NCBI GenBank assembly: GCA_051530055.1
Contig: CM121342.1
Span: forward strand, 5,827,489 to 5,891,488
DNA length: 64,000 bases
Reading direction: 5' to 3'
Origin: Neoechinorhynchus agilis
Lineage: Eukaryota > Animalia > Acanthocephala
A model generated the notes under the pieces. The model saw nothing but the letters and a program-made list of their open reading frames with translations, was not told the DNA's origin and ran no database searches. A program made the translations under genes and the position numbers. How positions within the stretch are numbered: the first letter of the stretch is position 1; each line of letters starts with the position of its first letter. Positions 48,543-60,799 of this stretch are shown here, one piece after another.

Positions 48543-49815
48543 TTGGCTCAACCTAAGCAGGCGGCGCTTGGACCAACTCAACAGATCTCGTTTGTTAAGA
48601 CAAACATGCCCATAAGATTGCCTGATGGCAAATCTCTGAACGTCCCTATTGTTAGAAATGGTCTCTTTAACACCGTTTTGCAAAAACCAAGACCTCAGGA
48701 AACGGCAGCTCCGGCACCAAATTCATTAGCTAAACAGCAGCCTATGAATATCGAACAACCATCGTCAGGACAAAGTATTCAGATCTCACAAATCGAAGAA
48801 TCAGCATATCCCATTGGACCAGTCGAGAATTCATTGCCAAGCGATCTATTTATGCCACCACCACCACCGCCACCACCACAATTGACCCCATTTCAGTCGA
48901 TGATGTTACCGGACACCACAGAGGCGCCATTTTACTTTGGAAGCGTAAAAGACGCTCCTTCAGGTAGTGGCCTTAAGACTCGAGTCGCTTCCTTGATTGC
49001 TAAATACGTATCTGAACTTCGAGAAGGTTATCTCATATTTTTTAAAACTACGATTTTTATGATACTTTATATTTTAGGAGATCCTTTGGTAGGAATTCGC
49101 GAGCCAATCAAATTCGAACTTGAGGTAGATCATCTTGGCGATATTACAGGCAACGCAATGACAATGTCCGGTAAGAAAATTCAACCTTTGGATGATCCAA
49201 TGATGCCATACGGAGCCAGACAGTCGATGCGATTCCCAAAAGGTACTTTAAATAAAAAAACGAACTTTGCGCTTTATATTGTGCTGCCATTTAGGACCAC
49301 GACGTGCACCAATCGCATGGCGATAGATACTCTAAGATCCGTAGTTCGTATTAGTTAGCTTAGTAAATCGTAGTTTTGGCATGATTGGCTTGGTCATGGC
49401 TCAATATAGAGCACAAAGTGCGAATCAATAAAAATCGTATCACTCACCGATTCACTTAGTATCCGACGAATGCCTAACAGAATCAACGGAACTACCTATT
49501 ATATATCGCATTGAAGGAGATGATTTTAAGATATCACATCTAAAAATACCCGGAGAACCAAATAGAAAGTTTATTCTTTTGTCTAGTGGACAAAAGACAA
49601 CGGAACCTCCGATACCAATCACTCTTGATCCCATTTTTTGTTCAGAATCCGAATCAAAATATGATCTTGAAGTGCCAACTCTAAGATTAGTAGAGTTCGG
49701 CAAAAAATCGGAACCGGACGACCTACTTTCAAGCTTGGCACATTTAATCTCAAGCCACTTAAAGAAGAAGGAAAAGCAAGCTGGGAATGAAATCTTTGCT
49801 CTTAAGTGCGAGTAA
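48543..49815 (+). CDS. Unidentified Pro/Gln-rich multi-exon protein
   Basis: Long ORFs joinable by GT-AG introns; the 5' end is unresolved and no family was recognised. Confidence 0.5.
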
Positions 49816-49948
49816 TATTTCGTTCAATAGAACTTAGACATCTAGAGCTTAGTAATACGTAGTGATCAATACAATGGCTTTTATACTGAGAAAGGTTCTA
49901 AAATCAATTTAAATAAACATTAATAATCAAGTTATTATTTTGATGAAC

Positions 49949-50106
49949 ATAATAAACAGGCATGACATTATTGATTTATTTGAAATATTTCAAACGAGGT
50001 ATGCTCGCATCTTCAGTCGTTTTGTTTGTAAGTTTTTTAACTATTTAAGCTAATAGAATTCGCGAAATATTTCAAATAAATCAATAATGTCATGCCTGTT
50101 TATTAT
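49949..50106. mobile_element. Foldback MITE
   Basis: 43-bp inverted repeat ATAATAAACAGGCATGACATTATTGATTTATTTGAAATATTTC and its reverse complement. Confidence 0.85.
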
Positions 50107-50479
50107 ACCCAACAAAATTAGAAATTAATGTGGAATGTTGAATTTTCTCCAAGAAGTAGTTATTTTTCGATTATTCTTACTTTTCAAACAAGAAAGTAGA
50201 AACTGAACTTTTTAATACGCTTATTTCGTAACTACAACCCGCTAAGAAAAATTCTAAAGTTATGTCCTACTGCTTTTAAAAAAATGATTCCACTTAATCG
50301 TCTGCAAATTACGCTATTGTAAACCTCAAGTTCAATTAATATTTGAGGAAATTTTCGTCAAATCAGCAAACTCGTGTGATTTGTTTCGGCACAGTGTTCA
50401 ACATCGAATAAATAGATTTTGCGTTGCTCATTGATAAATGATATTGTAAAATAAAAAACGAGCAAAATCGCACAGTCTT

Positions 50480-52212
50480 TTATTCCCGATTCTCAACTTT
50501 CTCAAGACACTTCTCGATGGCTTTCCTTTTTAAATCAACAGGATATTTTCCTACCAATTGAAGATTTCGCAAGTGTCTCTCAATATTGTACGGTCCAGGT
50601 AAATTTGCGTTCGGCTTGTAAATGCCAATATAAACCAATTTCATTGATGATTCTTTAATTAATGGAAGATAATCCATCCCACAATTTTTCTTGTCATAGC
50701 ACTCCGTAGCTAATTCTGTAAAAAAAGTATGGTTTTTTAGTAGGAATACTGTAGAAACCCACTGATAGTTTCATTCAAAACTCGCGGAATGACAGAGGCC
50801 AATGCGCTTGTGTTAGTTTGTAGAGCAGGACCGAGATTGATTTCGATGAGGTAAACGTTAAAGTCTTGATCGATCATAAAATCACATCCATACAAACCAA
50901 ATTGACCGTTGACGTGAGCAATCTTTGACTCAGCACTTTCAACGACTACCTTTAGAATTTTGCGCTGAGTTTCCTGGAAACTTTAGATTTTTTTTACGAA
51001 CATGTAAAATATTAAAACCAGCCTGCAACTCATTTAATGCCCAATCAGGCTTAAATTTAGGATGGTTGGTAGCGTTTGAATTTAAGTAGTTATTAAGTTG
51101 TTCGATCGTCCATACAGTGTCTTCTTTTTTATTTTCATAATCATTTTCTCGTTGTTGGATGCACTTAAAAACGATATCGCTTTTTTCTCAATTTCAGCAG
51201 TGAAAAAATATACCTGATTCGTGAGATGAACCGAATTTCTATTTTCATCTAATTTGTAATCATAAAGAGAGATACGGACGTAACCTGGATCATGGAAGCA
51301 CAACAACGGTTTTGTGGCAACAATCGACAAATAACTTCTTATATCGAACTTTTTGGAATTAATCAACAATGGATTCTTGATATAGCGCTGAACAAGGAAT
51401 CGACCTGGTGGTCGGTTTTCAATGAGCTTCTTTAATGTGCTAAACTCGTATATTATTTTAATTCCTCGTCCTCGGTTAAGATCGGCTGGTTTAACTATCC
51501 ACACATCGCCTTCTAAAATAAAAGTTTCATTTTGGTTTATTGGATTATTCTGTTTTCAAGAATATAAATCAAAAGTTTTCGCCTGGACTCTACACGATTT
51601 GAAAAAATCAACGCTTATTTTGCAAACTATGCTGATGATAAAATATTTTGGACACTCACCATTAGCTTCAATGAGTAATTGTCGCTTTGCAGTAGGTGAA
51701 CTCATGTCATACGTTGGTGGTATGAATTCCGGATGCTTAGGGAAAGTGCTTCCCATCTGATACACTCCATCCTTATACTGATAATCCAGTGGCATCTTGG
51801 CCCGAACTAGTCCTGCCAGTTGAAGCTTATCCGTCAGATAAAATTCTCTGCTGATATGATTCACAAGTCGTTGATATCGAATGAATTTCAGGGTTGAGTT
51901 AAAATGAGTAACCCATGAGATTCCCACTCGATCATGTGGTTCTTTTGCTTCATTAAGTTCCATTTCAATAAACGTTTTTCGGATCCTGCAATCGATTTAA
52001 TCTAATAACGTCCCACTCTTGGTTACTAACGCTTTATTTAGACATCGATGGTTGGTGTAGTAGCTCATGGCGATCGATCTACTCGGGAAAGTAAGTTTGG
52101 ATAAGTGAGCCAACTGCGGATTGTACCAACGCCGATTTCCTACATTCCTGATTTCCTCTTCAGGACTATTTTCAATGCTCGCTAAATGTTCAGAGCATTC
52201 AATGTAGAACAA
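50480..52212 (-). CDS. TTLL10: Tubulin-tyrosine-ligase-like glycylase, TTLL10-like
   Basis: WIVKPADLNRGRGI, VQRYIKNPLLINSKKFDIRSY, HLTNQ, TVWTIEQLNNYL, FGLYGCDFMID and LIEINLGPAL motifs. GT-AG introns plus one GC-AG intron; 5' structure unresolved. Confidence 0.8.
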
Positions 52213-52773
52213 TACAGCTGCTTCTCTTACTATTTTTTAAAATACTTAATGGAAGCATCGTCCGCTTGCTTTGATGTGATTAGAATGTATCGAAAAGATG
52301 CGTTACCATGGCGACTGGACAAAATATCAATTAAACTGCAATAATTCATTATTGTCTTTTGATTCGGGAATGCGCAATCTGTGCAAAGTTGTCATTATTA
52401 TCAAGACTTTATACGATCTTCTTAATGTTAAAATTTATTCGAAACTGCCCCGTCTCACATCGCAGTCCATTTCTCAGCTCCTCCAAGAAATATCCTTAGT
52501 AAAAATCACAATTGCTGGCATCTACCGCCCTCCAGCCTCTCTTCAAAATCCGAATACGCCAGGGTTTCAAAAATATTCTACGATTTGGCCATTGAGGTTA
52601 GTAAACTAAAATAATACAGTCATATCATCTTTTAATTTTTGCTGGTCACACTGGAGCATTCTGATCAGCCAACTTTATCACATCCCTCAATCAAAATCAG
52701 TTTCATATCGAGAAAATCTAAAAGGGATGTTAAATTTTGACTTGTGTGGTGAAGAATACTCATTCGGTTAAAA

Positions 52774-52874
52774 ATCATTTTATTATTCGCGAAATATTTC
52801 GAGAGAGAGGAAACCTCGCCTTGGAGAAAACTGCGAAGTTTCCTTTCGAAATATTTCGCGAATAATAAAATGAT
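52774..52874. repeat. Hairpin with perfect 29-bp arms
   Basis: ATCATTTTATTATTCGCGAAATATTTCGA / TCGAAATATTTCGCGAATAATAAAATGAT. Confidence 0.9.
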
Positions 52875-53067
52875 CATGTGTACAAAACTCGGATCCTCAA
52901 TCAAAACCCATTAGCCGTTTTCCAAAACATCTCCGTGATGAATATTCGTATTTCTTGCTATTTTAAAAACTCGTCTGTTCGAGGTAAACTTGTATGAAGT
53001 TTCATATGACACTTCTCAAAACAAAAAAACGATGAAGCTTAATAAACATTATATTAATGAAATAATT

Positions 53068-53295
53068 GGGCGCAACTTTACTCTTAACCTCCCGCGATAT
53101 TGATTTATTATTAAATTTTCCGACCGCATGTGATCCTCTTCAGATATCTATAAAAAATTCATTTTTAGATTGATTGGTAAGCTCGAAAGTGATCTCACAG
53201 TTGGTAAACTTGATGTTATCGCTTGGAATCGCATGCAGTCGAGAAAATTTACAATAAATCAATATCGCGGGGAGGTTAAGAGTAAAGTTGCGCCC
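53068..53295. mobile_element. Foldback MITE
   Basis: GGGCGCAACTTTACTCTTAACCTCCC-GCGATATTGATTTATT / AATAAATCAATATCGCGGGGAGGTTAAGAGTAAAGTTGCGCCC. Confidence 0.85.
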
Positions 53296-53448
53296 GAACA
53301 ATTAATAATTTCCCCCCCCCCGAATACAATCCAAAATTTGTCGGTACTGAATTTACGCTGGTAGCATGGAGATGGATAATTGTTGAGCCCTTCATAAACA
53401 ATACTTGAAAAGTAAAATCAATATCTCATAATCTAAATAAAACTTGAA

Positions 53449-53832
53449 ACTGTCAAATACAAAGTTTCGGCTTTGTTGGAATTTCGACAAGGAAAAAGGA
53501 GAAGCCGAGTGATATTTAGGACAAATAAGGGAAAATGATGAGAGGCTTCTAAGATATAGCACCAAAGAACGATTAAATTGGCAATAATTTATATTTGGAA
53601 GCGATCATTTCTTAAGGTTTCTCGCATGACTTAAAGACAAGCCCTGAAAATAATGTTCTGAATTATCAATTTATAAGAAATCGATCAGATATAGAAGTAT
53701 AGTTTTAGTATAATTATTTCTGTCAAATACAAGGTTTCGGCTTTGTTGGAATTTCGACAAGCCAAAGGGAGAAGCCGAGTGATATTTAGGACAAATAAGG
53801 GAAAATGATGCGAGGCTTCTAAGATATAGCAA
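53449..53832. repeat. About 110-bp direct repeat, two copies
   Basis: CTGTCAAATACAA...TAAGATATAGCA at about 53449 and about 53720. Confidence 0.85.
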
Positions 53833-55200
53833 CTGATAGTTGAATTAAAAAAAGAGAAGAAAAGTCTGCAGTGTAAATTTAACGACGATGGATGAAGTCT
53901 AAAAATAAACCTTCTTTACTATAGCAATATCATTGTCAAAACCTATTTTTGTTATGACAGTAGGGTGCTGTCGCATATCAATCACGGCCATTACTCACAT
54001 GACTGATAGTTGTGCGTCTTCTACGATCGGAATATGTTTTCTACGCTCTTTTGCTTCAATAATTTTCGAAAAGCTTTAAAAATTCTCAATAAAAGTCATA
54101 CATTTCCTTATAGTTGCCACAACATTGTTGTTCCACCATTGAAAACGAGTTCCGCCACACCCACATACACAAGGGATTTATTAATGAATGGCATTCGGCA
54201 AAGTGATCAACGGATTTTCGGTCTATATCCTCGAACTTTTTCGTTTGTTTCCGGCTCCATCGTACTCTTAAATCGAAGCACCCACACATACAAACACGGA
54301 GCAAAACACCCACACATCCACACTCAAACGCGGTGTATTTAAGAACACTGCAACTCCCGAAGTTATCAATCCACTTACGAAGAAAGCAAGGGAAAACAGT
54401 AAGTACAAACTAAGATACAATGTAAAATCATTATTCAATTATCCTTGGCTGAAGCTGCAGGGCTGATTTCCTTTATTGAATTTTTTCTATCACTCTTGAT
54501 GTAGACAAATTAAATGTTTCTTTGCTAGCAGTTGTCACATAAAAGAGATAAGTTGCTCCTAAAAGTCCTTTAAAACTTTAATGAACATCTTATTTTGCAT
54601 AACTGCGTTCGACAAGCATTTCTATTCTCTTGTTAAAAAAGACTTTCTCATGCTCGAATGCTTAAATTTGAATGACAATTCTGCGCGTTTTATAAAGGAA
54701 TTCGATCTTTTAACTGTACCAAGTTGTTCATTGACCAATTTAAGAAAAGTATCCTTTAGAAATGTTATTTAAAAGGATTTTGAAACTAAATTATCGAGAA
54801 ACTCCCTTTCATCTTCTTCCAAACAATGAAAAACCTTGAGAAAATGTCGAAATTATTTGCCGATAGGGGAATTATAGATTAGTGAAGATTTAAATCCGGC
54901 GGGATTAAGAGACCAAGGTTTCATTGCATAATTTCTTCTTTTTTCAAGAAAGTTGAATATAGCAATATATTATTTATAGACGAAGTATTTTAAACCTTTG
55001 AGGAAATGCACGAGTTGCGATGATAGAAATCAAAGCAGATCATTGGATTTAAGAGAACTGCATAGAAAATTCGAGGCAAATTTTCCCATGTATTAAATCA
55101 CTTGTAGGCGAAAACATTAAACCAACGAGAGCGACAAAGATCGCTAATTTAATCTTTAACAAATTCATGTGTCTAAATTTTTTTTCAGCACAATCAACAA

Positions 55201-56558
55201 ATGACTGCTGGGATTTTGTGGATTTTATTATTGTCCGGGTAAGCTCAAAAATATACGTCTATTTCTAACAGCCATAAAACTATTAGTATCAAACATGTTC
55301 GATCCAAAGCATTGTTGAAGCCGTCAGATTACAATGATGATTACGAATGGGAAAAATCTGATGAAATTGATCCGCTGGTTCGTTACATTACCCATACGGA
55401 AATGATTAATATGTTCCGTGCACTTGAAGAGCACTTTCCTCGTGTTTGCCACGTCTATGAAATCGGAAAAAGTGTAGAAGGGCGCTCGCTTTTAGCCATA
55501 CAACTGACTGATTTTGAAGATGAGGACGATGGCTTAAAACCAATGGTTAAATATATTGGAAATATGCATGGGGATGAGGCTGTATCCAGGCAAATGATGA
55601 TTCAACTCGCAATTCATTTACACATTGATTATGCTTCTGGGCTGCTAGGGTACATAATCATTGGTTAGCAAGCAGTTTTTACTCAAATGATCGTGATATT
55701 TGCCATCTCTTAAAGAAAACAGAAATTCACATTTTACCAACGATGAACCCGGACGGATTCAGTCGGTCTATAGAGGGTAAATGTGACACAATTCAAGTGA
55801 AAGGCTACTATACGCGAGCAAACGCAAACGGCATTGATTTAAATCGCGATTTTCCTCTAGAAGCAAAAATTGGGAATCATCAACCGGAAACACTGGCAGT
55901 TATGAATTGGACTCTTAGTAATCCATTCGTCCTTTCTGCTAACTTTCACGGTGGAGCCCTTCTTGTGTCCTATCTTTATGACCATTCTAAATCGAACAAA
56001 AAAGAGTACAGCAAATCTCCAGACGATGAACTCTCACAATTTTTAGCAAATATATACGCAACCAATCATAAAACGATTTCCCGAGGTGATCAATGCAGTC
56101 CATCAGATCCTCAGTACATCACAAATGGAGCCGAATGGTACCCGTTCAATGGATCTCTTCAAGATTTTACTTATATGTACAGTAATTGCATTGATATTAC
56201 TGTTGAAATTTCCTGTTGCAAACATCCGAAAAGCTCAGAATTGAGGACTTTTTGGGCGGATAATAAAGATGCTCTAATTGAACTCATAAAAGCCGTTCAT
56301 ATGGGCGTCAAGGGATTTGTCACAGATGGAGATACCGGAGAACCTCTACGAGATGTTCATATTCGGGTTCAAGGTAATGGAAAAATTACAAAGACGGATT
56401 CTAATGGACGTTTTTGGCGCTTACTCGTACCTGGACACACTTACACCCTCTCCTTTAAAGCTCAAGGATATCAACGAGAGGTAATAAAGGATCTGTATGT
56501 TCCATACGACAAAATGTGGAGAATGGATGTTGAACTTTTCAAGGCGAACACTCGCTAG
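55201..56558 (+). CDS. M14B metallocarboxypeptidase (single-domain CPD/CPM/CPE type, with transthyretin-like C-terminal domain)
   Basis: Signal peptide; IGKSVEGR, GNMHGDE, MNPDG, RANANGIDLNRDF, ANFHGG, ITVEISCCKHP and GVKGFV motifs. One GT-AG intron (55239-55271) plus a 47-nt TA segment; 426 codons. Confidence 0.92.
55619..55667 (+). other. TA-flanked hairpin intervening sequence (47 nt removed)
   Basis: TA-CA-CATTGATTATG...CATAATCATTG-GT-TA; the join gives LAIHL-ASSFYSND and fixes the frameshift. Confidence 0.83.
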
Positions 56559-57033
56559 ACACTTTTACGACAAGATATATATTGATTAGTTTTAATGTTA
56601 ACGTCAATTTCTTCTTTTATTGATGTGAAACAAATAATGTTTATTCGAGGTGATGGGAGAGATTGTCCAATCAGTGCACTCTTTCCTAAGAATTTCGAAC
56701 AAGTGCGAGTCTGACCAAAATATATTACATTTTTCTAAAAATAACATTTAGTCTGTTAAAAGGCTACTCAATTGTCCATTCCTCCTCCAAAACATAAGAA
56801 CGGGGGAACGTTGCATCCGTATTTTCGACAACTATACCAGCATGGCAGCAGGCTGATCCAGAAACGCGGTGGTGTGATGTCTGCAAACTCTCGTTGTTGA
56901 GAAAAATCTATCTGATAGAAAGATATATAGTTACAGAGTCTTCTATTGGAGGAAATGTGCACCAATCGTCCATAATGATAGCGCTCACCCCGAGTCGAAA
57001 AAAACTGGCTGAGTTTGTAAATTCCGTTGTTGT

Positions 57034-57106
57034 GCCGAGGTGGTCTAGTGGATTAATCCTCTTGATCCCAGTTTGTTGGGTCAAATGGTTCGAATCCACG
57101 ATCGCC
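57034..57106 (+). pseudogene. tRNA-like element (tRNA pseudogene or SINE head)
   Basis: A-box TGGTCTAGTGG (57041-51) and B-box GGTTCGAATCC (57087-97) at tRNA spacing; acceptor and T stems are imperfect. Confidence 0.6.
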
Positions 57107-58059
57107 AAAGGGAGAACAATCAAAAGGGGACGAAATGTCTCGTTGAAGGGGGAGGTATCTGAGAATCCGGGGGAATTATGTCGTTATATCAATTCCCTGA
57201 TGTGAAATTTGTTTGACTTTATGCCTTAAATTCAATGATTTCTTTACTACAATTAATGTGCCGTGAAATGAGCTCCATAAAAAAAGAACTAAATCGTCGT
57301 GTTTACACCAACAAAGCTAAATCACTAAGAACATGGAAGTGGTTATATAGATGGATTTATTGTTTCCTTTTCACACAATATCTCGTCCGTCTTGTCGGAC
57401 TACTTCAATCTGTTTAAGTGTTTTATTCGCATTGTGTGAAAGGGAAACAATAAATACATTTCTATATATCACCAAACAAAATATGGAACCAAAGGCTGTA
57501 GCGAATTCAGTAAATCCTACGTAGACCAAACAAAAAAATTTAGAAAAGAAGAACAAACGAATGCAAAAATGCTCTGAGGAGAAGTACCGAAGCAAGTTCT
57601 GCAATACCGGAATCGATTATATTTAGATATAATATATTCCCAATACTTCAAACAGTAAGAGAACGAGTACTTAACTGAGCAGTAGTGTTCCGTTGAGAAA
57701 TCGCGATTAGGATAAAACCACATCAAAATACATTCATATTACCGAATCCTGTTTGCAATAAAAAAAATTGAGGTGTGTCCTTTTAATAAAATATTGATTC
57801 GTTTCAACGCTTATGTTTTTGTAAAGATGTGATCGAAATCTCATTTAGTTTAGAAATTTATTAAGAAATACTGGTAAGTTTCTAGAAAGGAAATAAAAAA
57901 TTGCACGGAAACACAAAGAATTACGAAATGGACAACAAGCGTTCTTATACACAATCATAAATTACCAAATAAAAAACTTTCTTAAAAATATAGCTGCAAA
58001 TTTAAAAAAAATTATTTCACCTATTTTCTACATGAAATCGTTCACACCACCGCCTTTCT

Positions 58060-59283
58060 GGATTACTCAGCTGTCGTCCTGGTGTTACGGTCGAAAGAAC
58101 AGAAGCAGCGTTTGAGCCAGAATTATGTTCTGTAGGAGGAATGCTCCTGATCTCGGATCGCCAGTGATTGGTCTCAATCTCTTGGACAATTCCTTGACCA
58201 GGTCCTGCGCCGCGGTACCAAACGACCCGAGCGTCTCGACGCCAAAGGGAACAAAATAATGATTTCGACTCAGGTCCCTGTATTTTGTCCATTTGCGTTC
58301 CTCTGCGGCTGATGCTGCTCCCCTGATTTAATAGTGGCGAATTTTATGTTGCTGACCGCGAACGTGGCTTCGCCGAGAAGGACTTTGCCTTGTCGCCACG
58401 GGAATACTGCGACACCGCCCGGTTTACAGCCATCGAGTCGGCAAAGATTGCTCAGCTCTAGGATGTTGGGCGCATTCACAGGCGTTCACTTCGGCGTGTC
58501 GAGGGTGTACCTTCCTCCTGATTGCCGACAGACGAGACCATGGCGTCCCGATGGTTCCACGGTCGCCCCAAGTCTCAGGGACACTGCAATCCTTACTGTC
58601 TCCTCGGAGGGTACCCACAAAAGCGATTGGGATAGCGTTGAGCCAAGCACCCGATTCTCTTGTAGAGACTGCCTGTAATCCAGTTCGGTTCACGAAGTCA
58701 CGAGAATCTGAAATTAACGAGTTATGAATTCTCGCTACCATGGGTGAGTCTGTTTGCAATCATTGACGAGTACCTGCTCGCTACCGGAATCTTCACACAA
58801 AAGATTAAGAGATTCCACGAAATCTTCATCCAAAGTGTAATTCTCGCCAGAAAAGGATTTAACTACTTTGCGGTTTGATTCAGACGATCCCAAATGAGCT
58901 GGCAAAGAAACGCACAGCACCGAAAGTTGCAATTGAAGATTGGCGATCTCTTCTTCAACATTAGAACCAAAAATGCAACTTCCTAGAAGACTCAACTGGT
59001 CTAGAGTGGTCAATTCTATCCCGGTGGCCAGGTTCTGAAAATCTTTCACGAAAGTTTGCATCCACGTTCATCACTAAAATCTCGCATTTCGCAGCATTCA
59101 ATTTAATGCCAATTTTCGCCGTCTCCTTCACGAGTGTCTCTAAATCGCGCAGTACAACAGAGGGGTTACCTCCGAGCGTGGATTCGTCCAGATACCAGCC
59201 GTTAAAGCTGGACTGGAGAGAGTGCGCGACAGGATTGACTGCGAGTGAGAAAACCAATGGGCCCAAAGGATCCCCTTGTTGAA
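58060..59283 (-). mobile_element. 5'-truncated, heavily deleted CRE copy
   Basis: QGDPLGPLVFSL, WYLDESTLGG, STRESGAWL, GRHGLVC and FVPFGVETLG across several frames. Confidence 0.9.
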
Positions 59284-59329
59284 CTATTTTGGTGGAGTGT
59301 CAACTGATTTTTCAACCGCATGTTATTTT

Positions 59330-59763
59330 TTCGATTGTCCTCATTTTACCAATTTAAGCGGTTGAAAACAAATGATTATTTTTGGCTGATATTTCGGATT
59401 TTTACTTCTTCTTCAGGGTTCTATAACACACGCAATTTAGTCTCTTTAGGTTTTCAGTGTATTTTATGATGTCGATGAGAATCGGTTTGCTCAACCGAAT
59501 ATTAATCAGTTGGTGGATTATCGACTGATTTCTCTATCTTTCGATTGTCCTCATTTTACCAATTTAAGCGGTTGAAAACAAATGTTTATTTTGGGCCGAT
59601 ATTTCGGATTTTTACTTCTTCTTCAGGGTTCTATAACACACGCAATTTAGTCTCTTTAGGTTTTCAGTGTATTTTATCATATCGACGAGAATCGGTTTGC
59701 TCAACCGAATATTGATCAATTGGTGGATTATCTTTCGGTTGTCCTCATTTTACCAATTTAAGT
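59330..59763. repeat. About 210-bp tandem duplication (two copies plus a fragment)
   Basis: TTCGATTGTCCTCATTTTACCAATTTAAG at 59330 and 59540, with a variant near 59734. Confidence 0.88.
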
Positions 59764-60237
59764 GGTTTGTTTTCAATCGTGTTAGTTGCCGAAATAAGGA
59801 CAATCATTAAAAATTTAAAATATTAAAAACCCATAGGAGGATAAAAATTTCATCGCATTTGAGCCCCGAACGGTATTTTTTATTTTTGGCGTTGTACAAT
59901 CGCTACTTATAAATGTTTATATATTTTCAAGCACTCATTTTTTAGGATTTTTTTTGAAATCAACCAACGTTAGAGAACGATTGAAAACTCAATATAGTAC
60001 GCGATTATTATTTAGGACTGAACAATGGAAAAACAAAGAAGTTTGCGGAGATTTCAAAAATTATCAAGCAGCAGGTTGATGAAATTTTTTCCTCTCCGGA
60101 ACACCGCCTTTATGGAATGCGATTTGTGTGGACACGCTTGCCCCCAGTAATTTTCCCTTTTCAAAAAAGAGCCCTGGAGGTTCAGCGGTCGTAGCTGAGG
60201 AACGCTAGCGTTAAAATTATAGAGAGCTCCTAAGGAA

Positions 60238-60350
60238 TTACCATTTCGTCCCTTTTGCCGTGGAAACGTATGGAGCCTTGGGGCCATCAGCGCTCACTTT
60301 CCTCGACGATTTGGGACGAAGAGGATGACTGGGGAACCGCGCTCCTTGGA
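60238..60350 (+). mobile_element. CRE endonuclease-domain relic (divergent subfamily)
   Basis: YHFVPFAVETYGALG / SALTFLDDLGRR / MTGEPRSLDF with small frameshifts. Confidence 0.75.
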
Positions 60351-60799
60351 TTTTCAAAATTGTAGTACCTTCTGAGGTTTGCAGATTAAAACTTTTATTT
60401 GTCGAACAGCAAACCCTTCCCCACCACGAATAATAACCTTGTTCAAAACGAAATCGATACCAAAACAATGTTGCCTCCACGTTTGACAAGTTGCAGTACA
60501 AATACTCAGGGTCCTAAATATGGACATAAACAAAGAAAAGGAAGGCGTAAATCTGACCGAGATATATGCGAGGAAACGCTGCCAGTATACTGGCAACGTC
60601 GGGATGTTTACAAGAATGAAAAACGAAATAGTAAAATAAACGACTCTAACCCCGAATTTTTGCACTGCGAAATATTATCCATACGCACTATCGATCCATG
60701 AAAACATCGGAAAAAGCAACGATTTCTAAATCTTGAAATTCACATTCAAACTTTTAAGAGATAAAAGCAAGCACAGAAATCACTATTAAATGGTAGCCA

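Noticed and set aside
49324-49440. Another TA-hairpin segment in the unidentified gene (W-R-TA...TA-T)
   Set aside because: End pairing is weak, and a single canonical GT-AG intron (AAAG|GTACTT...CACTTAG|TATCC) explains the frame without it.
52774-52874. 29-bp hairpin as a genic intervening sequence
   Set aside because: TA-to-TA removal gave no extended ORF in the frames I tested; treated as a non-coding foldback.
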